Source: an uncultured Nitrospiraceae bacterium
GTDB lineage: Bacteria; Nitrospirota; Thermodesulfovibrionia; Thermodesulfovibrionales; UBA6898
Direction of reading: 5' to 3'
NCBI GenBank assembly: GCA_963811165.1
Contig: CAWEQH010000010.1
Coordinates: 1,027,920-1,091,919, forward strand
Length of the DNA stretch: 64,000 bases
Part shown: piece by piece, positions 52,954-62,670 of the stretch
Layout: every line of letters starts with the position of its first letter
Numbering within the stretch: position 1 is the stretch's first letter
Made by a program: the position numbers and the translations under genes
Notes under the pieces: generated by a model
What the model was told of the DNA's origin: nothing
Database searches by the model: none
The model's input: only the letters and a program-made list of their open reading frames with translations

Positions 52954-53409
52954 TTATCGCGTCCATGTCGCCGTCCCACCGATGAACGATATGCCGATGA
53001 ACCCTCTTACATTTAATTGATTGGGTGAAACGAGTGTCAGCTTGCCGCTGTATGTCTTACCGTTTTCAGAGTTGTATATTGTTCCGTTTTTCCACGAATT
53101 ATCGCCTGCAAACACGAAGTCAAGAAGAATGGGCAGCCCAATAAGTGGGGTTTTTCTGAGGTTCGGGTCCGGGTTATTATGATCGAGCATCGGCGTGTCC
53201 GGCGTCCCTTCTTTTGAACCGGCAGGATAATTCGGTTCCTTCAACCAAGCAATCTTGCCGCAGTACTTTATGCCGCATGTGTAGATCTCTATCTTTGCGT
53301 CTCTCTCTTGGGTATTCCACACCCCGATAATATCGTCCGGGCCCGCGGCATAAGCAGGTCCCGCGGCCAGCAGTATGCCTGTGAAAACCATAACGATGAA
53401 TTGCCTCAT
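52954..53409 (-). CDS. DUF2147-domain periplasmic protein
   Basis: ATG 53409. Signal peptide MRQFIVMVFTGILLAAGPAYA. GVWNTQERDAKIEIYTCG.KYCGKI and NGTIYNSENGKTYSGKLTL match the DUF2147 pattern as I recall it. Confidence 0.65.
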   Translation of the reverse strand: MRQFIVMVFTGILLAAGPAYAAGPDDIIGVWNTQERDAKIEIYTCGIKYCGKIAWLKEPNYPAGSKEGTPDTPMLDHNNPDPNLRKTPLIGLPILLDFVFAGDNSWKNGTIYNSENGKTYSGKLTLVSPNQLNVRGFIGISFIGGTATWTR

Positions 53410-53606
53410 ATTGTCCCAACTAACGCGCTTCTGATGTCCGTCCCGCATGCCCATATATCATCTTCAATCCGCCAAAGTATATCATACCCCGGCTTCCCTG
53501 TGATGCCCCATTGAGAGGGCAAATACAACAATGCAAAGCCGACCCTCACATGGTTGAAATCAAGGCGGCCAATGATATTCATTACTTTCTTGACACCTTT
53601 GAAACC

Positions 53607-53615
53607 TGATATAAT
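53607..53615 (+). promoter_or_regulatory. extended -10 promoter element TGATATAAT upstream of the AAA+ gene
   Basis: TGnTATAAT at 53607-53615, with a TTGACA 14 nt upstream. The ATG is at 53672. Confidence 0.4.
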
Positions 53616-53671
53616 GGTGCATAGTCAACTGGAAGATAATGCCATAGCGGGCTTGCTTTAAAGGGAGGACA

Positions 53672-55165
53672 ATGGAAAACCTGAACGTCCAGGATTTGCT
53701 GAGCATGATCGGGGCCGGGACCAGCTTATTTTATGTAGTTACCGATAACGAGCAGTCCACGGAAAGAATTGTGACACAGGCCGCCCAGCAGGTGGAAGGG
53801 GCGGGAAGTATCTACGCATGGACCTGCACCGAAGGCTTCGTCCGGGAGGGAGCGTCATTCAAAGAGACGGTAGAACCTCTGCCGGCGCTTGATTTCGCCA
53901 TCGCGCAACCCGGACCCGCCATTTTTCTTTTCAAGGACCTCTACAGATTTTGGTCGAATAGCCCGTTTATTATCAGAAAGCTGAAGGAGTTTGCCGTGCG
54001 GGCACGGTCAAAGATACTGATTGTCATTGGGGAAGAGGAGGCTGTGCCGGAACCGTTACGGGAAGACCTCGTTATTCTTTATCAGGGCATTCCTGTCGTA
54101 GCCGAGATCAAGGCGCACCTGGAGTCCCTGAAAGAACGTGTCCCGTTACTGGCGCGGGTCTGTGCCGCTGATCCCGAGCTAATGGGGAGGTTGGTGGTTG
54201 CGGCCCAGGGGCTTTATCTTGAGAACATCGAACGCAGCATCGGCGCTTTCAATCAGGCCCAGGTCGGCGGCGGAAGCGAAATCGTCCGGAGGTTCTTCGA
54301 GACTAAACAGCAGATCATCAGAAAAAGCGGAATTATGGAGTTTGTCGTCAATGACGTCGATCTGGACCATCTGGGGGGGATGGAAAACCTGAAAAAATGG
54401 CTTGAACGTCGTGAAACGGCATTCGGCCTGGATAACATTTCTACCGGTGCCAACATGCCGAAAGGGGTGTTGATCATGGGGGTATCCGGCTGCGGCAAAT
54501 CGCTGTTTGTCAAGGTGATCGCGACACGGTGGCGCGTCCCCCTTATCCGTCTGGATATGGCGGTTGTGTATGGGGGGGCGTTCGGCAGCCCGGAGTCAAG
54601 CCTGCGCAAGGCGTTCAGGATTGCAGAGGCGATTGCGCCCTGCGTCCTCTGGATAGACGAGATCGAGGCCGGCGTTTCATCGCAGGGGTTCAAGGTTGAA
54701 GGGGGCTCCGCTTCACGGGTCCTCGGGTCTTTTCTGACGTGGATGCAGGAAAAAAGTGCGCCTGTTTTTGTCGCTGCTACCGCCAATGCCATCGAGATGC
54801 TTCCCGCGGAAGTGCTGCGCAAAGGACGCTTCGATGAGATATTTTATATGGGTCTTCCCAATGAAACGGCGCGGGAAGAAATATTCCGCATTCATATGAA
54901 GAAGCAGAATATCGATCCTTCCGGGATTAATGTCCCGCTACTGGCGCGGTTGGCCAACCGTTTTTCCGGAGCTGAAATCGAGCAGGTGGTCAAATCAGCG
55001 GCTTTCGAGGCCCTTGCCGATAAGCGTCCTATAGTCGAAGAGGATTTCAAGTCAGTTCTGAGAGGGACCGTTCCTCTTTCGGTGACCATGGATGAACAGA
55101 TAAAGAGCATCGAAGGCTGGGCATTTAAACGCGCAGTGCCGGCCTCAGGGGAATTAAGGCGTTAG
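53672..55165 (+). CDS. AAA+ ATPase (single classical AAA module, ~230-aa N-terminal domain of unknown function)
   Basis: AAGGGAGG followed by ATG. Walker A GVSGCGKS, Walker B VLWIDEIE, second region of homology [20 protein letters not shown], and a C-terminal lid. Confidence 0.85.
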   Translation: MENLNVQDLLSMIGAGTSLFYVVTDNEQSTERIVTQAAQQVEGAGSIYAWTCTEGFVREGASFKETVEPLPALDFAIAQPGPAIFLFKDLYRFWSNSPFIIRKLKEFAVRARSKILIVIGEEEAVPEPLREDLVILYQGIPVVAEIKAHLESLKERVPLLARVCAADPELMGRLVVAAQGLYLENIERSIGAFNQAQVGGGSEIVRRFFETKQQIIRKSGIMEFVVNDVDLDHLGGMENLKKWLERRETAFGLDNISTGANMPKGVLIMGVSGCGKSLFVKVIATRWRVPLIRLDMAVVYGGAFGSPESSLRKAFRIAEAIAPCVLWIDEIEAGVSSQGFKVEGGSASRVLGSFLTWMQEKSAPVFVAATANAIEMLPAEVLRKGRFDEIFYMGLPNETAREEIFRIHMKKQNIDPSGINVPLLARLANRFSGAEIEQVVKSAAFEALADKRPIVEEDFKSVLRGTVPLSVTMDEQIKSIEGWAFKRAVPASGELRR

Positions 55166-55286
55166 CGGAAATCACTGGCTGATGAATCTTTGCGCGGTCA
55201 GTGACCCTTGCATTCTTTACCTAAATCCATTAGATTTTATCTAAAGGGATGGCATCAGTAAAAACCTCGTGGAAGGGAGAGTCGAT

Positions 55287-55496
55287 ATGAAATGCTGGGA
55301 ATTTACGCAATGCGGACGCGGGCAAAAGGGGGGATGTCCTGCATGGCCTGACAAGGGAGACATATGCGCTGAAGTTGTGGGGACGTTCTGTGTAGATAAG
55401 GACCGCATACTGGGCATAAATGCGATTAAGCTCAAAGACTGCACCAAATGCGCGTTCTTTAACAGTATCCATTACAAGGGTAAAAAAGGGCTTTAA
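55287..55496 (+). CDS. small Cys-rich protein resembling the 'two-CW' domain
   Basis: GGAAGGGAGAG followed by ATG at 55287. MKCWEFTQCGRGQKGGCPAWPDKGDICAEVVGTFC...DCTKCAFF has 8 Cys in 69 aa. By recollection, two-CW domains read NCWEF..CG...CP....CW.V.GT.C....C..C.FY. Here the second CW is CA. Confidence 0.55.
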   Translation: MKCWEFTQCGRGQKGGCPAWPDKGDICAEVVGTFCVDKDRILGINAIKLKDCTKCAFFNSIHYKGKKGL

Positions 55497-55542
55497 TCGA
55501 CACCCCGAATATTTTCCCCCTACTCGAAATTTTCCAGTCATT

Positions 55543-55558
55543 TGTGACGGGTGTCACA
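55543..55558. promoter_or_regulatory. perfect CRP-consensus box TGTGACGGGTGTCACA
   Basis: TGTGA-N6-TCACA with no mismatch, 47 nt after the stop of the Cys-rich gene. The next annotated plus-strand gene starts 545 nt downstream. Confidence 0.35.
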
Positions 55559-56102
55559 TCCAGTGGCGCAGGGGGCAGTAGATCCCTGCAATTAAACAAT
55601 TGCTGTTAATAAGCTGTTAGCAAGGCCAATAAGTTCTTTACAGGAATATTACAGAAAGCGACAAATGACTTTTTGCCCAAAAATTAGACACCTCGCAAAA
55701 TGAATAATACCAGGATGTTACGATAAACTATTAGGCTTTTTTCCGTCGATGCCTATAAAGAGTGTCTTTTCCCCCGAAAATTAAAGGGTTTTAATTAGAA
55801 CGCGGCCGCGACGGGATAGACGGCATCGGGTGGGAAGCAGGCGCAGATCTGTAAGCTCGCGCAGCGTGACCACTTCCACTGGTTGGACGATGGTCGCCTT
55901 GATGGCGATGGTCACCGCCGCGAAACGGCGCCACATAGTAGCCGGGTCCCCAGCCACCGTATTCGACACCAGAGGGTTCATAGTAGTCCCCTCTCCGTCG
56001 TAGTATCCGTTTTCGCCAACAGTTGCGACGCAGCCGGGCAACAGAATTTGGGTGCCAAATCCATTTTGAAATGCAGTATGCTAATATAGAGACGCAAATT
56101 TT

Positions 56103-56621
56103 ATGCGAAATCTCCGTTTCATTTTGATTATTGTTTTGGTATTCTTCGTTCGCACAGACGGAGGGGCGTCCGCAGCGTATTATGCTCCTGAGCCTGGAAA
56201 TCATGCGCCCCTCTTTACTCTGAAGGACACCCAGGGGACAAACGTCTCGTTCTCGGATTTCAAAGGCAAGGTTGTCCTCATTAATTTCTGGGCGACATGG
56301 TGCGGTCCGTGCAAGGCCGAGATGCCTTCCCTGAACAACCTCTATAAGGCACTCAAAGATAAAGGGTTCGCAGTTCTTGCAATATCAACCGATTCCTCAG
56401 AAAAACCTGTAAGGTCTTTTGTTGCAGAAAGGGGGATTTCTTTTCCCGTTCTCATGGATAAAGACAAAACGGTCTATTCCGATAAATATGCGGTCTTCGG
56501 CCTCCCCATGTCTTTTTTGATCGATAGGGATGGAGTCGTGGTTGGCAGAGTCGTGGGCGAAGTGAAGTGGGATTCACCTGAGATGAAGAATAAGATTACG
56601 GGAGTCCTGAACAGAAAATAG
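56103..56621 (+). CDS. TlpA/ResA-family periplasmic thiol-disulfide oxidoreductase
   Basis: N-terminal anchor and the thioredoxin motif FWATWCGPCKAEMP. 172 aa. Confidence 0.85.
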   Translation: MRNLRFILIIVLVFFVRTDGGASAAYYAPEPGNHAPLFTLKDTQGTNVSFSDFKGKVVLINFWATWCGPCKAEMPSLNNLYKALKDKGFAVLAISTDSSEKPVRSFVAERGISFPVLMDKDKTVYSDKYAVFGLPMSFLIDRDGVVVGRVVGEVKWDSPEMKNKITGVLNRK

Positions 56622-56869
56622 GGAGATTTTCCGTCATTTCTCTCATCAGTGAGATCCCGTTGAGCAATTGCCGGGCCTTTTGATCGTCAGTCGGCGCTGA
56701 AAGTTTCAAGCAGAAATAAACTGGGGTTCAAGAATTGTTTCAAATGCCATGGGCAGGGATGGAAAAATCCCCCGAAGGGAAGAAGGCCCAGATGACAAGC
56801 GACCAGCGCTGCACACCCTGTCACAAAAAATAATCAGCCAAGTCCCGACTTTCAGACACAAGGAAAGAT

Positions 56870-56899
56870 AAAACAAAAAAGCGCGGTCGCGTTGACCGC
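56870..56899 (-). terminator. rho-independent terminator of the glutamate synthase operon
   Basis: On the minus strand the hairpin GCGGTC-AACGC-GACCGC is followed by GCTTTTTTGTTTT. It lies 32 nt after the stop at 56931. Confidence 0.75.
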
Positions 56900-56930
56900 C
56901 CTCAGGTTTTCTTATTGAGGAGAGAACCCC

Positions 56931-59273
56931 CTATATGTTTTCGGTCATCTCCCATACGCCGCAGGGGCATATGCCGGCGCAGAAGCCGCAGCCGATGCAC
57001 TTGTCGTCGTCGACCACGTACTCGTACGACCCGTCTTTGTGCTCCACCCTGCTTATCGCCCCCCAGTAACAGGTCACCTCGCACATATGACAGTCCCTGC
57101 AGGTAGCGCAGGACATACAGACGCCGGCCTCTTTTTTGGCATCGAAGCCTTCGAACCGGCAGACGTCGTAGTATTCGGTCTTGATCTTTTCATAGGGGAC
57201 GACCTGTCTCACCTCGGGCAGGTAATCGTAATGCATAAGCTGGGAATGGATCACGTCGGCAGCGATACGGCCCTGGCCGATTGCGTGGGTCACGAGTCCC
57301 GGCTTGGTCGCATCCCCTATCGCAAAGACCTTCACGTCGGAGGTCTGGCCGAGCTCGTTCACCTTAAGCCATCCCCTCTCGGCGATGATATCGGGGGGGA
57401 GGAAATCAAGTATCGGCACCTCGCCTACCGACATGACCACAAGGTCCGCGAATAGGGAAGTGCCGTCTTTGAAGTATATCGTCTTTTCCTTTTTGTCGTA
57501 TCTTTCGGTCGCCTTCGGCCAAAGGATCTCCGTCCCCTTCTCCTTGGCCATATCCATCTCCTTACCAAAAGCGGCCGGTTTCTGGATATCGACGGCCGTG
57601 ACTGAGGTAGCGCCGCAGTTAAACGCCTGTGAGGCCACGTCCATCCCTACGTTCCCCGCACCTATGACTACCACCCGTTTGTTCTTAAGTGCAATGTTCT
57701 TTCCGAAATTTACCCCTTTGAGGAAGTCTATCGCGGCCATCACATCCTCCGACCCCGGGAATTTGATCTCCCTCGGCCTGTGCGCGCCGCAGGCGACTAC
57801 TACCACGTCGTGGTTTTTGTATATCCTGTCGAACTCCTTCCGGTTTACCGCTTTGCCCAGATGAGTCTCGACACCGACCTCTCCAAACCTGGAGAGTTCC
57901 TTAAGGAGGATCTTCTGGGGCAGCCTCTCCCTTGGGATACAGAGTTCTATCTTGCCGCCCAGCTTGTCCGCAGACTCGTAGAGGTCAATGCTATGGCCTT
58001 TAAGGCCCAGCTGCCATGCTGCCGACAGCCCGGCGGGTCCGCCGCCGATCACGGCGATCTTGTGCCCGGTTTTCTTGGCGGGCTTAGGCGCCGGTTGCTT
58101 TAATGCAAGGCTCCCCATCTCCTTGATATTAAGGGGCCTGTCCACCCTGCCTCTGCTACAGCTTTGCATGCAGAGGTTCGGACAAATCTGTCCGCAGACC
58201 GTGGCCGGAAGCGGGCTATATTTAAGTACGAGGTCAATCGCCTCTTTCATCTTCCCCTGACGTATGAGCGTCGCACGCTTATGGGAAGGGATACGTGAAG
58301 GACAACTGTATGCGCACGGCGGCAGGTATTTTTCATTGTTCCATACCGGCCTGTTCCTGCGGTCCGCACCTGTGGTGATGTAAGGCAATATCGTAAGATC
58401 GTGGGTGATAAATTCGGCGAATATGCCGCCCTCTCCTACTCCCTTCTCCCAGGAATTCTTCCGGAAGTCCGTCGTAGAGAGTTTCTTCCTCGCACGGGCC
58501 GCCTTTTCCGCAGGCGTATAGGCCACAAATTTTTTCCATTCGGACATATCGCGGGTAAGCTCTCCGTAATATGACTCGCGGTCTATGGCCTTTAGGAACT
58601 CCTTCATCCCGCCTGTGAGCCATTCCCAGTCCTGGGGGCTCAAATCGAGGAGTTGCACGTCCCGGTCGCTGTAGCCGCCTATCTTCCCCCGGAAGTAGAT
58701 CGCCCCGCCGACCATGCCGACGCAGGGCCGGTACCCAAGTATGTTTTCCGGGTCCCTCGGGTCAACGCCGCAGACGACAGCGATGCCTCCTGCCTTGAAT
58801 TCGGCAAAAGAATCTCCCACGTTCCGGAAGTACCACGACTGGGGGGGATCGAAACGCGGGTTGCGCTTCGTCATCGTGTCGCACCGTGCGCCGCCGCTTC
58901 CCTGCACATAGAGGATCCCCTGTGCGGCAGCATTATGGGCCCCGTTCGTCACATCGCCCAAGACAGTGATCTTGGCACCGCAGTTGATCCACCCCGTATC
59001 GTCGGAGGAGCTTCCTTTCAAAACGATATCCGTGCCGAACATGCCCATGCTGCCCAGGCGCTGTCCAACAGGACCTTCAACGGTTATCTTTATGGTTTCG
59101 CCCCTCGGCCAGATGCGTCCGCCTATCCCATGCTGGCCTTCAGCCGCCACGCGGACCTCGCGGGCACCGTCTTTGACGGCCTCCTGGATCTGCTCTTCGA
59201 GTATCCTCGAAGGGACGCGATGACCGTCGACGTTCCCGTAAATTACCTTTTTATCTTTTCGCTCCTTGCTCAT
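56931..59273 (-). CDS. fused glutamate synthase GXGXG domain + GltD-like NAD(P)H/FAD subunit + C-terminal 2x[4Fe-4S] ferredoxin
   Basis: 780 aa. The N-terminal ~240 aa have GXGXG-type repeats (GQHGIGG, GSSSDDTGWINCG, VQGSGGARCD). The middle has GltD motifs (CPSRIP..., KIAVIGGGPAGLSAA, VVVIGAGNVGMD, GD motif FAIGDA). The tail has CATCRDCHMCEVTC and CIGCGFCAGICP. Confidence 0.8.
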   Translation of the reverse strand: MSKERKDKKVIYGNVDGHRVPSRILEEQIQEAVKDGAREVRVAAEGQHGIGGRIWPRGETIKITVEGPVGQRLGSMGMFGTDIVLKGSSSDDTGWINCGAKITVLGDVTNGAHNAAAQGILYVQGSGGARCDTMTKRNPRFDPPQSWYFRNVGDSFAEFKAGGIAVVCGVDPRDPENILGYRPCVGMVGGAIYFRGKIGGYSDRDVQLLDLSPQDWEWLTGGMKEFLKAIDRESYYGELTRDMSEWKKFVAYTPAEKAARARKKLSTTDFRKNSWEKGVGEGGIFAEFITHDLTILPYITTGADRRNRPVWNNEKYLPPCAYSCPSRIPSHKRATLIRQGKMKEAIDLVLKYSPLPATVCGQICPNLCMQSCSRGRVDRPLNIKEMGSLALKQPAPKPAKKTGHKIAVIGGGPAGLSAAWQLGLKGHSIDLYESADKLGGKIELCIPRERLPQKILLKELSRFGEVGVETHLGKAVNRKEFDRIYKNHDVVVVACGAHRPREIKFPGSEDVMAAIDFLKGVNFGKNIALKNKRVVVIGAGNVGMDVASQAFNCGATSVTAVDIQKPAAFGKEMDMAKEKGTEILWPKATERYDKKEKTIYFKDGTSLFADLVVMSVGEVPILDFLPPDIIAERGWLKVNELGQTSDVKVFAIGDATKPGLVTHAIGQGRIAADVIHSQLMHYDYLPEVRQVVPYEKIKTEYYDVCRFEGFDAKKEAGVCMSCATCRDCHMCEVTCYWGAISRVEHKDGSYEYVVDDDKCIGCGFCAGICPCGVWEMTENI

Positions 59274-59294
59274 AGCTCTCTGCCTGTCTGTTTG

Positions 59295-60953
59295 TTAGCA
59301 TGCATAGTCTATCTGTAACCTCTCCGCCATCGCCTTATCGTCAATGCTTAAGCCGTCGGACATACCGATGGGCAACTCGGTGCTTCGACCCATGGGCGCA
59401 AAAACTTTCCTTAATTCCACGTCCGCGGTCTTAAAGACGTCCACTACGCGTTCTGCTACCTTGTCGGCATCCAGCCTCCGGTAAAGTTTGGGGTCCTGGG
59501 TAGTTATTCCCCGCGGACACCGGCCGGTATTACAGAGGTTGCACCTGTTAAATTCGTCCCCGAAACACTGGGCCGCGGCCTGCATGATATATTTGCCGAT
59601 CGAAACAGCCGATGCCCCAAGCATGATAAGCGCCGCGGCATTCGCAGCGAGGTTCCCTTTCTTGCCCACGCCGCCGGCAGCGATCAAGGGGAGTTCGTTT
59701 TGCTTGCCTTGCTTTACGAGGTCCAAGTAACAGTCCCTGATATTTGAGGCTATCGGATGTCCCATCTTGTCCATCGATACGTTATATGCAGCTCCGGTAC
59801 CGCCGTCTTCCCCGTCTATGCTAAGCGCAGCGGCATAGGGGTTTCTGGCCAGGTTGTTAAGGACCGCCCTCGCCGTCTTCGTCCCTGAGATCTTAGGGTA
59901 CACAGGCACCCTGAAACCCCAGGCCATCGACATCGACTGGATCATCTTGGCGACCGCCTCTTCGATAGAGTATTTCGTCTGGTGCGTAGGAGGCGACGCG
60001 AGGTCGACCATCATCGGCACACCCCTGATCTGGGCGATAAGCTTTAGTACCTTGTAGGCCATAAGAAGTCCACCATCGCCGGGCTTTGCGCCCTGTCCGT
60101 ACTTGATCTCTATGGCACAGGGGTCTTCCACCATATCGGGAAGCGCATGGATGATCTCGTCCCATCCGAAATACCCGGAGGCGATCTGGAGTATGAAGTA
60201 TTTGAGGAACTTCGACTTAAGGAGCCTTGGCGGCAACCCGCCCTCCCCCGAGCACATTACCACAGGCATGCCCTCGACTTCGTTAAGGTACGTGACACCC
60301 ATCGCCAGGCCCTCCCACATCGGAGGGGAAAGCGCACCCACGGACATGCTGCCGATCATGATCGGGTATATCTCCCGAACCGGGGGAATGAAAATCCCGT
60401 CCCTGTCGATAACGAGTTTTCCGCCTATGTTTTTAAGGGGAAGCTGTTCAGGCGGGAGGTTCCTTCCCAAAAAAGTCCTGATCCGAAATTCGTGCCTTCC
60501 CGCGTCGAGCGCAGGGTCCGTAAGCATCGATATCCTCGTGAATTTAAGCCTGTCCAAAGTAGAGACGGTCGGATCGTTTCTCCTGCCGCCCCTTTTATAG
60601 GCATCGCCGCCTTTATTTTTGAAATGGAGCAACTTGTTCTGGGGGTTTAGTTCCGGCTCAATCGCCTCGTTGGGGCATACGAGCGTACAACTCCCGCAAC
60701 CTGTGCAATACCGGTTGATGTCCTTCACCTGCTCGACCATGTAGGTCACCTTTTTCGAGGCGGACGGCTCAGGCACCGGGCCTTCGGATGTGACGGACCT
60801 GAGGATCTTCACGGTAGGCTCAATCGCCTTGACCGGGCATACCGCCGTGCATCTGCCGCAGCGTTTACACCTGTCGTCGCGCCATCTGATGATATAGGGA
60901 AACTCTCTAAGGGAGAGCTGGTGGTTATGGTCTAATTGTGAAGCTGGTTCCAT
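59295..60953 (-). CDS. glutamate synthase FMN/Fe-S (GltB domain 2-like) subunit with N-terminal ferredoxin domain
   Basis: AGGAGG followed by ATG at 60953, with a 22-nt overlap onto the upstream gene. CKRCGRCTAVCP and CTGCGSCTLVCP, then the FMN-domain motifs GEGG, KYGQGAKPGDGG, DGEDGGTGA and IAAGG. Confidence 0.8.
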   Translation of the reverse strand: MEPASQLDHNHQLSLREFPYIIRWRDDRCKRCGRCTAVCPVKAIEPTVKILRSVTSEGPVPEPSASKKVTYMVEQVKDINRYCTGCGSCTLVCPNEAIEPELNPQNKLLHFKNKGGDAYKRGGRRNDPTVSTLDRLKFTRISMLTDPALDAGRHEFRIRTFLGRNLPPEQLPLKNIGGKLVIDRDGIFIPPVREIYPIMIGSMSVGALSPPMWEGLAMGVTYLNEVEGMPVVMCSGEGGLPPRLLKSKFLKYFILQIASGYFGWDEIIHALPDMVEDPCAIEIKYGQGAKPGDGGLLMAYKVLKLIAQIRGVPMMVDLASPPTHQTKYSIEEAVAKMIQSMSMAWGFRVPVYPKISGTKTARAVLNNLARNPYAAALSIDGEDGGTGAAYNVSMDKMGHPIASNIRDCYLDLVKQGKQNELPLIAAGGVGKKGNLAANAAALIMLGASAVSIGKYIMQAAAQCFGDEFNRCNLCNTGRCPRGITTQDPKLYRRLDADKVAERVVDVFKTADVELRKVFAPMGRSTELPIGMSDGLSIDDKAMAERLQIDYAC

Positions 60954-62041
60954 ACCTTTACCTCCTGCGCACCCGGGGAAATGATTACCATATCGTACTT
61001 CATCGGGAAGATGTCCTTCGACCGGTCTCTTTGGGGAACGGCCCTGTCCACCCCGCATTCTTCGGACATAAGGGCATACTTTCCTTTTACTCCGCCCACC
61101 ATGCCGGGCCGCAATTTCTTCGAATCCTGGACCATCAGGCAGGTGCCGTCGGGAGTAAAGCCGATGACACAGTTGGGGCCGTCTATGCAGAGCATCCTGA
61201 GGGACTTCCTGAGAAGGTCGAGCACCTCACGGTCGGGCCGCTTTGCAATCTCAGACGCATTAAGCGGGGTGATCACATGTTTATAATACTCTAGCGGATA
61301 GCCGAGCTCTCTGGTGAGAAAATGAAGAATATGGGTAAATACCTCGCTGTCGCTGTTATACCCCACATACCCCGGGAAGCCCCTGGACATGAGGTATTCC
61401 CGGATGGGCACGAAAGCGGTATTCTCCCCGTTCGTCATCGTAGAAAAGCCCTGGATAAAGAAGGGGTGACAGGCGTAGAGATTAATCGCATAGTTGGTGT
61501 TTTGGCGGCCCTGGGCAAGGATTATCTTCGCCTTGATCGACGAACGGTCGAGGCCGAAAAATTCGGACACCTCAAGGGGGTCGCCGACCTCTTTTAAGAC
61601 CATGATGTCGGGATAAAACGCAAAGACGATGATCGATTCATCCGCCTGCCCCATCTTACGGAGAGTCAGGCGCGTCCTAAGGAGGAGGTCTTCTTTCTCA
61701 CGGAGGGTCTTGTCCCGATAGGAAGCAGGGTATTCGTAAGCACGGGCGAAGTAGTGGTCCCTTCTTTGGACTCCCTTTACCTCTCTTATATCCGGTGTCC
61801 AGGAATGCTTCACCTCGAACCCCTGTTTTTCCATATATTCATCGAGTATGACGAGCCCCGGGCCGGAGCATATCGCCGAAAGGACCGGATACCCCTTGAG
61901 TCTCTCGAACTCACCGCCAAGGTCCTTCATCATGATACCCAGGCCTGAGCCGTCATGCCCCTCTTTCATCGTCTCAAGGGCGAGCACGGACTCCATCGGA
62001 GAAATATATTCAGCAGACGTTATTGCAGCTAACCGGCACAT
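60932..62041 (-). CDS. class II (Ntn) glutamine amidotransferase subunit of split glutamate synthase
   Basis: Begins MCRLAAI (catalytic Cys2 after Met removal). 369 aa. First gene of the three-gene cluster. Confidence 0.8.
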   Translation of the reverse strand: MCRLAAITSAEYISPMESVLALETMKEGHDGSGLGIMMKDLGGEFERLKGYPVLSAICSGPGLVILDEYMEKQGFEVKHSWTPDIREVKGVQRRDHYFARAYEYPASYRDKTLREKEDLLLRTRLTLRKMGQADESIIVFAFYPDIMVLKEVGDPLEVSEFFGLDRSSIKAKIILAQGRQNTNYAINLYACHPFFIQGFSTMTNGENTAFVPIREYLMSRGFPGYVGYNSDSEVFTHILHFLTRELGYPLEYYKHVITPLNASEIAKRPDREVLDLLRKSLRMLCIDGPNCVIGFTPDGTCLMVQDSKKLRPGMVGGVKGKYALMSEECGVDRAVPQRDRSKDIFPMKYDMVIISPGAQEVKVWNQLHN

Positions 62042-62325
62042 CCTGACCTCATCATTAAATATTTTCCGTTGCGTATTTCAGCGCTAAAAAAACGCCTAGC
62101 AGCCAGGACAGCTGTTTTAGGCGTCTTAGGCGTTCCTAAATATACGTCAATCGGCTGGTTTATAATAAAATTTATTTCCCGCCGATGTCAATTCGACAAC
62201 TGCTCCGAAAAAGAAAGTCGGGCACCCACTCTCTGATGACATCGATGAACTCGCCCTGCTCTCTGCTTGCTTTTTGGCCGGTTTTTCACTTATTCTAAAT
62301 CATCAACTTAAAATGGAGGTATATC

Positions 62326-62658
62326 GTGTTAAAAGTATCCGATACAGCCGCTGAGAAAGCGAAAGAGATTTTGAAGGCTGAGGGCAAGGAAGGCTGGGGT
62401 CTGAGGATTTTTGTCCACGGCTCCGGCTGCTGCGGTCCGAGCTACGGCATGGACATAGATGAAAAGGCTTCTGACGGAGATGAGACCGTCGAGAAAAACG
62501 GACTTAAGGTATTTATCGACAAAGAAGCGTCTGCCAGCCTGGGAGAAAAAGAGATCGACTATGTCAAGACGGAACAGGGCGAGGGGTTCGTCATAAACGG
62601 CGGAGAAGCGCCTTCCTGCAGCTCCGGCTGCAGTTCCGGCTGCAGTTCCTGCGGATAA
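62326..62658 (+). CDS. HesB/IscA-family Fe-S assembly protein with Cys/Ser/Gly-repeat tail
   Basis: GGAGG followed by a GTG start. The body is IscA-like (GLRIFVHGSGCCGPSYGM, KVFIDKEASASL, IDYV...GFVI). The C-terminus is CSSGCSSGCSSCG instead of the usual CGCG.SF. Confidence 0.7.
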   Translation: MLKVSDTAAEKAKEILKAEGKEGWGLRIFVHGSGCCGPSYGMDIDEKASDGDETVEKNGLKVFIDKEASASLGEKEIDYVKTEQGEGFVINGGEAPSCSSGCSSGCSSCG

Positions 62659-62670
62659 TCCCACCCTGAA

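Noticed and set aside
55781-56204. Minus-strand ORFs opposite the tlpA upstream region, including a lipoprotein-like reading MKRRFRIKFASLY-TAG-HTAFQNGFGTQILLPGC...
   Set aside because: It requires read-through of an in-frame TAG. The putative signal peptide is poorly hydrophobic, the C-terminal part is Arg-rich nonsense, and the ATG overlaps the tlpA start on the other strand.
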